Of a stretch of DNA of 64,000 bases, positions 57,554 to 64,000 are shown piece by piece (the stretch's first letter is position 1; every line of letters begins with the position of its first letter). The position numbers and the translations under genes are program-made. The DNA lies in assembly GCA_964562055.1 (NCBI GenBank), contig CAZLSE010000001.1:28062-92061 (forward strand), read 5' to 3'. The notes beneath the pieces were generated by a model that searched no databases, was not told the origin of the DNA, and saw nothing but the letters and a program-made list of their open reading frames with translations. The stretch is from an uncultured Gammaproteobacteria bacterium (GTDB lineage: Bacteria; Patescibacteriota; Microgenomatia; UBA1406; GWC2-37-13).

Positions 57554-58545
57554 ACACATTAGTTCGCTGTATTGTTTTTGGATTCTTCATAACTGTCTTT
57601 CCTCTGTCTACTCACGGTGCCACAATCCAGTCTGTTGACTCTGAAGCCGCAACCGTGTCTGTTGGTGTTGGAAATGTAAAGATTACAACCACCCCCACCC
57701 CTGGTTTAGAGGATGGACGCCGTTTTACCTTATTTGGGTATACATCTCCACAAGCGCGTGTTGTAATTCAAAATCCCGGCATACATAGTGAAGAATATGC
57801 CAATGAAAAAGGTTATTTTGTTTTTGAGTATTTGTTTCTATCGTTATTTAGAGAAGATATTTGTATTGTTGCTCACGATACGAACCGAGTATCAACCCCA
57901 CCCATCTGTATACCCCCACCTGAAGGTGAAGCAGCCTCTCGTTCTATTGGACCGGTACTCCTGCCACCCTCTGCCCAAATCAGCAGTGGAAATGCCTATG
58001 TTGGCGATACAGTTACCTTTGTTGGGCAGACCATACCAAATGTAGACATAAAACTATCGATGTTTACCGATGAAATGCAAAGCGGTAAGAAACTATCACT
58101 TGTACCAGGCGCTTATGCGTATACACTTCCCCAACTTGATCTCCAATCAAATAAGAAGGGTGAATACTCACTTGCTCTCCCTACTGCCAGTTCTCAATAT
58201 ATGCGTATGTTTACCCGCTCAATTTTCGAAGGAAACTCATCACCCAAAAGCACTACGCTCATACTTGATATTTTTCCCGTATGGATGCTACTTTTTAGAT
58301 TCTTTGCAAACATTTTTACACTTATTAAAGAGCGTTTCCTTGAGATTCTTCTCTTATTGCAGATGTATGGTTTGCTTATGTACTTTCTTAAGAAGTACTT
58401 CTCTGCTCATGCTATACGCATGCATCGACGTCGTGCTTTAACTATACGACACAGTGAGTTGACGGTGAGCAGTCACGAACTAGTTGTCTCGGTTCAAAAA
58501 TCACTCATGATACGAAGTAATTCTCTATTACTCCTGCGCGAATGA
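57550..58545 (+). CDS. Secreted Ig-like repeat protein with C-terminal TM segments
   Basis: Signal peptide CIVFGFFITVFPLSTHG. Two units of the FTLFGYTSPQARVVI...GYFVF and VTFVGQTIPNVDIKL...GEYSLAL type. Its start overlaps the upstream stop (ATGA). Confidence 0.5.
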   Translation: MNTLVRCIVFGFFITVFPLSTHGATIQSVDSEAATVSVGVGNVKITTTPTPGLEDGRRFTLFGYTSPQARVVIQNPGIHSEEYANEKGYFVFEYLFLSLFREDICIVAHDTNRVSTPPICIPPPEGEAASRSIGPVLLPPSAQISSGNAYVGDTVTFVGQTIPNVDIKLSMFTDEMQSGKKLSLVPGAYAYTLPQLDLQSNKKGEYSLALPTASSQYMRMFTRSIFEGNSSPKSTTLILDIFPVWMLLFRFFANIFTLIKERFLEILLLLQMYGLLMYFLKKYFSAHAIRMHRRRALTIRHSELTVSSHELVVSVQKSLMIRSNSLLLLRE

Positions 58546-58947
58546 AAGTCTTACTTTTTGAGGTAGCGTAATGTTGTCAACGGTAACCTCAAGGTAATAT
58601 TCTCCCGGTATAGTAGACGTATAGTCAAACATTGCCTTTCCTGTTGGGTCTGTTGACGGCTGTACAGGGTCTACCACAAGTTGCGACTGAGGAGTAAGGG
58701 TAACTTTTTTACCAAACACCCCCATGCCCTGAGAGTTAAGTATAAAAACACTTACACGTATCTTTTCTTTACCGTCTGATAAAGCTCGTAACGGATTACT
58801 AAAAACGTATGAATTATCAGCTGATATATCAATACGAGTAACACTTGCTCTACTTCCAAAAAAACGCGCCTCGTAGAGAAAAAAGAAAAACGAGAATGCA
58901 ATTAATACGAGGAAAAACAAAATGGCGGAAAGTAAAAAACGCTGCAT
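58528..58947 (-). CDS. Small membrane-anchored bacterial Ig-like domain protein
   Basis: N-terminal TM LLSAILFFLVLIAFSFFFFLY, then one Big-like domain (KIRVSVFILNSQGMGVFGKKVTLTP...GEYYLEVTV). Confidence 0.45.
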   Translation of the reverse strand: MQRFLLSAILFFLVLIAFSFFFFLYEARFFGSRASVTRIDISADNSYVFSNPLRALSDGKEKIRVSVFILNSQGMGVFGKKVTLTPQSQLVVDPVQPSTDPTGKAMFDYTSTIPGEYYLEVTVDNITLPQKVRLSFAQE

Positions 58948-59241
58948 ATAGTATCAGTATACCAATATCCTACAAGTAATATGCAATAGTAAACAAAAAG
59001 TGGCTCAGTAATGCGATATAGATAGTTTTACTATGCTATTCGTAATGAAAAATAGCAGTCTTTTAAACTTGTTTAAACTTTAAATTTTAGTAAATAGTTA
59101 CAAAAAGCAACAGATAACCATAAAGTATCATTGCTATAGGTTTTATGATCTACTTTTATCTATTTAGGTAAGCAAATATTTTATTCGGTAATTGGTTTAA
59201 TTTTGATTAAACTGTAAATTTATTATTATTGTCCACTCAAA

Positions 59242-59267
59242 ATTTGATATATCCAACCATATCAAAT
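59242..59267. promoter_or_regulatory. 9-bp inverted repeat ATTTGATAT-N8-ATATCAAAT, candidate operator
   Basis: A perfect inverted repeat 17 nt upstream of a TTGACA hexamer (59284-59289), in the 360-nt AT-rich spacer preceding 59309-59779. Confidence 0.35.
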
Positions 59268-59308
59268 GGTATTAAAACTAGTCTTGACATTCTTATTATT
59301 ATTGTTTT

Positions 59309-59779
59309 ATGCTGAATGATATGGGAAATAGGTATAATTTTTTACATTTTGAGGCTGAATACCGCATTTATCTTGGTGCGTTAAATACAAAACCCGTAAC
59401 CATAAAAAATTACCTTTCAGACTTGCGTTATTTTTTTTCATGGCTAAAATCTCACTTTCAGGTTGACGGAGCAAGCTACGATGAGTTGTCATCTCTTCTT
59501 TCAAAAAGTGCTATTGCACAATTTTATACGCATATCGAACGAGAAAAGACAAATGAGTCAACTGTTAAACGGCGCATATCAACAATCCGAAGCTTTGTCT
59601 CTTTCTGTGTGAAACAGCGATGGCTTACCGAAAATACAGCAAAGCTTATTGATACTGATAAAGATATTACATATAAGCAGCAGGTTATTCATGAATACGT
59701 TTCATATATGCGCGCCCACGACCATAAACAGGATATAGACAGTATCAAAGCTCTAATTAGTAATTTTATTATGTATTAA
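59309..59779 (+). CDS. Stand-alone phage-integrase N-terminal SAM-like (core-binding) domain protein, no catalytic domain
   Basis: FEAEYRIYLGALNTKPVTIKNYLSDLRYFFSWL and TVKRRISTIRSFVSFCVKQRWLTEN fit the Phage_int_SAM pattern. At 156 aa it lacks the R..HxxR..Y catalytic domain. Confidence 0.55.
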   Translation: MLNDMGNRYNFLHFEAEYRIYLGALNTKPVTIKNYLSDLRYFFSWLKSHFQVDGASYDELSSLLSKSAIAQFYTHIEREKTNESTVKRRISTIRSFVSFCVKQRWLTENTAKLIDTDKDITYKQQVIHEYVSYMRAHDHKQDIDSIKALISNFIMY

Positions 59780-60098
59780 TTATTTACTATAAGTATGAAA
59801 TACATATCATTTTCTTATCATTTTAGTATTATTCAAGGGGCATACAGACGCCTTAAAGAATGTTTTGATCCCGCTGTAGAGGGTACTCCCTATGAGGCTA
59901 AATCATCGTATTTTCAGCCTTATCAAGCTAGACGAGGTCTTTTATTAAAAAAACGAGTAATTGTGCGTTTTTAATTACTATGACTACCTACCTGTCGTTT
60001 GCGAAGTCTTATGAGGTGTTTTTGAATAGAATTAGCAAAGTAAGGACTAGAGTGATAATATTAGTATAATTTATATATAGAGCGCCACAACAGTCTAA

Positions 60099-63000
60099 AT
60101 GACTAATAAAATAATTACCAAGGCAGCTGTCGATAGGTTTTTTCATACACTCTCTTCTGAGCATATTTCATTAGAAAACAAGGTTAACAGACTAAAAACG
60201 ATACTTACCTTCATTACATGGCTAAAAACAACGAAAAAGATAACCGAACAAGAGTTTGTACTGTATTCAAGCCCCCTTAAATCACATTTGGCGCATTTAG
60301 CCTCAAACCGTATAAAAAACTCGTTTATTGCCCGGTATTCGGCCAACCTTGCAGTTAAATATGTCGGGTTTGTGCTTGGGGTTATTAGTCTTGCTCTTTT
60401 AGCCTCAGGGCTTTATATGCGTTTTTTTATTAACACGCGCTCACCTCTTGCCTACTCAAGCGCGCCAGTTCAGGCTGGAAGGACCATTTCGTTTCAAGGT
60501 AGGCTTACTGACACGCTTGGCAACCCTATTAATGCCCCTATCAACATGACATATAACTTTTATACTCAGCCAACCGGCGGTTCCCCCATTTCTGGGTCCA
60601 CTCGGGTGTGTACAGCAAATCCGGATCAAGACGGCATATTTTCTAACTTAATCGGCAACGACATAGGACCCTCGTGTAACACAGAATTACCAAACTCTGT
60701 TTTTACTGAAAATCCCACTGTATACCTTGGTGTCACCGTGGGAAGTGAACTAGCCGAAATGAGCCCAAGACAACAAATTGCGAACGTGGGCTATGCTATT
60801 AATGCGGAAACACTTCAGGGCATGCCTCCAGGCCAGTTAGCATCAACGGTACCCTATATCAATAAGGATGGTAATTTGCTAATTGCCACGTCTAACCCTG
60901 GTATCAGATCGACTTATGCAAGCTCAAACTTTACCATCTCGAGTGCACAGGCAGTTACTATACAATCTGCAGGGAGTGGAGACATTACACTCAGCGCAAG
61001 TGAAGGTGGAGCGCTTCGTTTTAATACATATAACGGCACCCTCCTTGAACGATTAACTGTATTAAATAACGGAAATGTGGGTATAAGTAACACAAATCCT
61101 TCTGAACGATTTGATGTTACGGGGAATGCAACTGTTTCTGGAAATATTACAGCCGGTGGACAGGTGCAGATAGGACGATTTGCATATGAACCCATTGCAG
61201 CGGGAATTGGTTCCATTTATTTTAATACCGCAGATAATACTCCTTATTACTTTAATGGCAGTGCATGGACTGCGTTTTCGTCTGGCTTATCGGGTAGTTT
61301 TTGGGATCAGGCGGATGGAGCTCTATTTACTGCAAACAATACAGTAGATGTGCTTATTGGTAGCTTGGCATCAGAATCAGCAAAATTTGCGTTCCTTAAT
61401 GTAAATTCCGGTATACCTACCGCCTCGGTGGCTGGTTCACTCGCAAATGTTGCAACGTATCTGAAAGGAGATGGCAACCTTGCTACAACCAATCGCCAAA
61501 GCCTAATTCTAGGTAATTCAACACTGAGCGATACTACTGGAAACATATTATTCAATCCGAATGGAACAGGTAATGTTGGAATTGGCACATCTAGTCCGAG
61601 GAGTAGGTTAGACCTATCGGGCAGCATAAATGAAGCTATTACTATCGGGAGCACGGCTTGGCAACTTCGCTCTCAAAGCGGAAATTTTGCAATTCAAGAA
61701 GGCGTGGGAGGCACATGGCAAATGACAATATTGGCAGGGGGCAATGTTGGTATTGGTGATACCACACCCGACCACAAACTCGATGTGGCCGGAAATATTG
61801 GCCTTGATGCATCGGGATATATTAACTGGGGAGATACCGATGGAACATCCGGATATGGGCTTCGAGACAACGCAGGAGTTGTTGAATTTAAAAATAATGC
61901 CGGAGCTTGGTCGCCCATTGGCGGAAGCAGCACAGGTTACTGGACACTATCAAGTGGGGCACTTTACCCTGTTAACTCAACTCTTGACGCACTTATTGGC
62001 GGTACGGCTTCCAGCTCAGCTAAGTTTGCATTTCTTAATGTAAATAGTGGAACACCCGTTGCATCTATATCGGGTAATTTAGCAAACGTGGCAACCTATC
62101 TGACAGGAGACGGAACACTGGGAACAACCAATAAGAGAAGCCTTACGCTTGGAAATTCAACTACCTACAATACAACGGGTGATCTTTTTATTCATCCCAA
62201 CGGCACAGGAAACGTTGCCATAGGCACGCCAACTATAAACTCATCGTATAAATTAAATGTAAATGGAGACATTTTAGCGAATGCATTGTACGACACCACT
62301 TCACCTGGTAGCTATTATGTAAATCCTGCAGGGGTTTCAACTTTTGGAACGGGTCTTGTTGTTGAGGGTTATATTGGCGTCAATACAGCAGGCCCCGATC
62401 GTAAACTTGAAGTTCTCGATACCGCAAATCCGCAACTACGCCTCACCTATACTGATAATGCAACGTATGCAGATTTTCAAATGACAAGCGGAGGCGATTT
62501 GGTAACAAATGTTGACGGAGTTACCAATCAACTCGTTCTTGATAATGGAGGATCAATCGGAGTAGGTACAGCAACCCCTCGTAATAATCTTGAAGTGGGT
62601 AACACTTCATCAAATCAGAGTGTTCGTATTGGAGGTATATATCGTGGTCCGGGTTCGGGATATACTGGCCTAGAACAGGAAACAACTCGCCATCAACTCG
62701 TATTTTCAAGCTGGCGCGATGTGCAAACAGATACCGTAGGTGCAAAAATTGCCGCAATTAACAAGACTGCCGGTACAGGACCAAGTTGGGACCTCACCCA
62801 ACACACCGACCTTGCCTTTTTCACACTTGGCACCACCCCAGGCAGCACCGATGCTACTACTGAAAAAATGCGTATTACATCTTCAGGAAATGTTGGAATT
62901 GGGGTAACTGCCCCATCTGCATTCTTAGATCTTGCCGCATCTACCACATCGAAAGCGTCGCTTAACCTCACATCGTCTGCAGGCACTAACCCCTCAGCTC

Positions 63001-64000
63001 CTGTATCTGGCGATTTGTGGTGGAATGGAACAAGTCTCAACTTTTATACTGGCGCATCTACCGTCGACATAATTGCAGGTGCGGGGCTTTGGACAGATAT
63101 GGGAACCTATATTTATCCAACTGCGGGAGAAACAATTGGCAACAGTGCAAGCGGGGGTGCAAATAAAATATCTGGTTTATATTTGGCGACCGCCGCACCA
63201 TTAACATTCGGTAATACAAATGATGTATCTTTCTCATTTGATAGCTCCACACTTAGTACAGTGCTTGGTACAAATGCATGGAACATTGGAAATGGACTAC
63301 TCCACCTCAAGGCTTCAACAAATCAAATTGGTATTGGAACTATAAATCCACTCGCTACACTCGACGTACGTGCACTTTCCGGCACAACACCAGTTGCTTC
63401 GTTTTCTGGTTCAACATCATACGCAACCATGATAGTTGATCAGTCTGGTGTTGGTGATATTTTTACTGCATCACGCTCCGGTCAAACACAGTTTGTTATT
63501 ACAAAAGATGGATATGTGGGTATTGGTGTGGCAAATCCCACAAGTCGACTATCAGTTGCAGGATCAACATCTACCCTTTCAAATAGTTTTGGAGACATTA
63601 TTATTGATGCCGCGTCAAATTTTATCAATTTTTCAGGCGATGCGCTCACCAATGTGGGTGATATTGCATCAATTGGACAAATCCAGGTTGGTGGATTTGG
63701 ATCACCGCCCACTGCTCTTGGTAATGGTGCTATGTACTATGACAATAACAGCAACCGTATTTTTTATTGGGATGGCTCTATTTGGAGCGAGATGGGTTCC
63801 AAGTATTGGCAACGAACACTTGGGAGCCTTGCTCCACAATATATAACAGACGATATAAATATTGGAGCAATAGCAACAGGGAGCGCTTTAGTTCATCTGC
63901 CAGGCACCTCAAACTCAAATGCATTTTTTAATTTGGGAACAGGGAGTTTAGGTGTGGGAACAACTTCGCCAAACTCAAGCTACAAGCTTCACGTAAATGG
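60099..64000 (+). CDS. Giant tail-fibre-like surface protein (partial, runs off right edge)
   Basis: Absent from the track because it has no stop in the window. My translation from the ATG at 60099 is open to the edge. It has an N-terminal cytoplasmic helical segment, TM VGFVLGVISLALLASGLYM, then nine or more repeats of GNVGIGTxxPxxxLDVxG type (GNVGIGTSSPRSRLDLSG, GNVGIGDTTPDHKLDVAG, GYVGIGVANPTSRLSVAG, and others). Confidence 0.75.
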   Translation, partial: MTNKIITKAAVDRFFHTLSSEHISLENKVNRLKTILTFITWLKTTKKITEQEFVLYSSPLKSHLAHLASNRIKNSFIARYSANLAVKYVGFVLGVISLALLASGLYMRFFINTRSPLAYSSAPVQAGRTISFQGRLTDTLGNPINAPINMTYNFYTQPTGGSPISGSTRVCTANPDQDGIFSNLIGNDIGPSCNTELPNSVFTENPTVYLGVTVGSELAEMSPRQQIANVGYAINAETLQGMPPGQLASTVPYINKDGNLLIATSNPGIRSTYASSNFTISSAQAVTIQSAGSGDITLSASEGGALRFNTYNGTLLERLTVLNNGNVGISNTNPSERFDVTGNATVSGNITAGGQVQIGRFAYEPIAAGIGSIYFNTADNTPYYFNGSAWTAFSSGLSGSFWDQADGALFTANNTVDVLIGSLASESAKFAFLNVNSGIPTASVAGSLANVATYLKGDGNLATTNRQSLILGNSTLSDTTGNILFNPNGTGNVGIGTSSPRSRLDLSGSINEAITIGSTAWQLRSQSGNFAIQEGVGGTWQMTILAGGNVGIGDTTPDHKLDVAGNIGLDASGYINWGDTDGTSGYGLRDNAGVVEFKNNAGAWSPIGGSSTGYWTLSSGALYPVNSTLDALIGGTASSSAKFAFLNVNSGTPVASISGNLANVATYLTGDGTLGTTNKRSLTLGNSTTYNTTGDLFIHPNGTGNVAIGTPTINSSYKLNVNGDILANALYDTTSPGSYYVNPAGVSTFGTGLVVEGYIGVNTAGPDRKLEVLDTANPQLRLTYTDNATYADFQMTSGGDLVTNVDGVTNQLVLDNGGSIGVGTATPRNNLEVGNTSSNQSVRIGGIYRGPGSGYTGLEQETTRHQLVFSSWRDVQTDTVGAKIAAINKTAGTGPSWDLTQHTDLAFFTLGTTPGSTDATTEKMRITSSGNVGIGVTAPSAFLDLAASTTSKASLNLTSSAGTNPSAPVSGDLWWNGTSLNFYTGASTVDIIAGAGLWTDMGTYIYPTAGETIGNSASGGANKISGLYLATAAPLTFGNTNDVSFSFDSSTLSTVLGTNAWNIGNGLLHLKASTNQIGIGTINPLATLDVRALSGTTPVASFSGSTSYATMIVDQSGVGDIFTASRSGQTQFVITKDGYVGIGVANPTSRLSVAGSTSTLSNSFGDIIIDAASNFINFSGDALTNVGDIASIGQIQVGGFGSPPTALGNGAMYYDNNSNRIFYWDGSIWSEMGSKYWQRTLGSLAPQYITDDINIGAIATGSALVHLPGTSNSNAFFNLGTGSLGVGTTSPNSSYKLHVN

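Noticed and set aside
59309-59779. Mobile element or integrase call
   Set aside because: Only the N-terminal SAM-like domain is encoded. There is no catalytic R-H-R-Y domain, and I could find no flanking att-like repeats or adjacent tRNA.
59815-59994. 59-aa ORF (MKYISFSYHFSIIQGAYRRLKECFDPAVEGTPYEAKSSYF...) between the SAM-like gene and the giant gene
   Set aside because: It has no recognisable motif or ribosome-binding site and is too short to support from sequence alone. I note it only as a possible small protein.
60914-63712. Minus-strand track ORFs (60914-61216, 61307-61654, 61694-61933, 62693-63040, 63482-63712 and others), plus + strand ORFs in other frames
   Set aside because: All are embedded in the long repeat-bearing + strand frame that is open from 60099 to the window edge. 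Their P/S/V-rich sequences are typical antisense shadows of Gly/Asn/Thr-rich repeats.

Overview
Moderately AT-rich bacterial window, densely coding, with no rRNA, CRISPR array, transposase or prophage. The gene content suggests a reduced, probably CPR/Patescibacteria-like genome (taxonomy is inference).

Gene content:
- Housekeeping genes: secE-nusG-rplK-rplA, leuS, tyrS, typA/bipA, tkt, tRNA-Lys, tRNA-Gln.
- Archaeal/eukaryote-type enzymes: ADP-forming acetyl-CoA synthetase, a PPAT fused to a DUF359-type dephospho-CoA kinase, and a plant/archaeal-like TyrRS.
- Competence genes comEA/comEC.
- Several very large surface proteins: a 2384-aa Kelch/FN3 protein coupled to a MacB-type ABC exporter, and a tail-fibre-like giant that runs off the right edge.

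Five things stand out:
1. Short arrays of imperfect 7-nt (and 9-nt) units lie in-frame inside conserved genes (leuS, tyrS, tkt, a P-type ATPase), in one intergenic spacer, and as a duplicated composite leader in front of two surface-protein genes. All TTTCGAC-type arrays share one chromosomal polarity regardless of gene strand.
2. LeuRS carries a roughly 200-aa YdeN/RBBP9-like alpha/beta-hydrolase domain inserted in its zinc knuckle.
3. At least ten ORF disruptions occur: three in-frame stops (TAG, TGA, TAA), four homopolymer frameshifts and three other frameshifts. All are in accessory genes, while long housekeeping ORFs with equal homopolymers stay intact.
4. An uncharacterised three-gene module encodes an Ig-like membrane protein, a vWA protein and a polytopic membrane protein.
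5. Two paralogous surface-protein loci resembling WxL/DUF916 clusters flank the competence genes.

Several genes also have a -10 box 5-8 nt upstream of the ATG, a leaderless-like arrangement.
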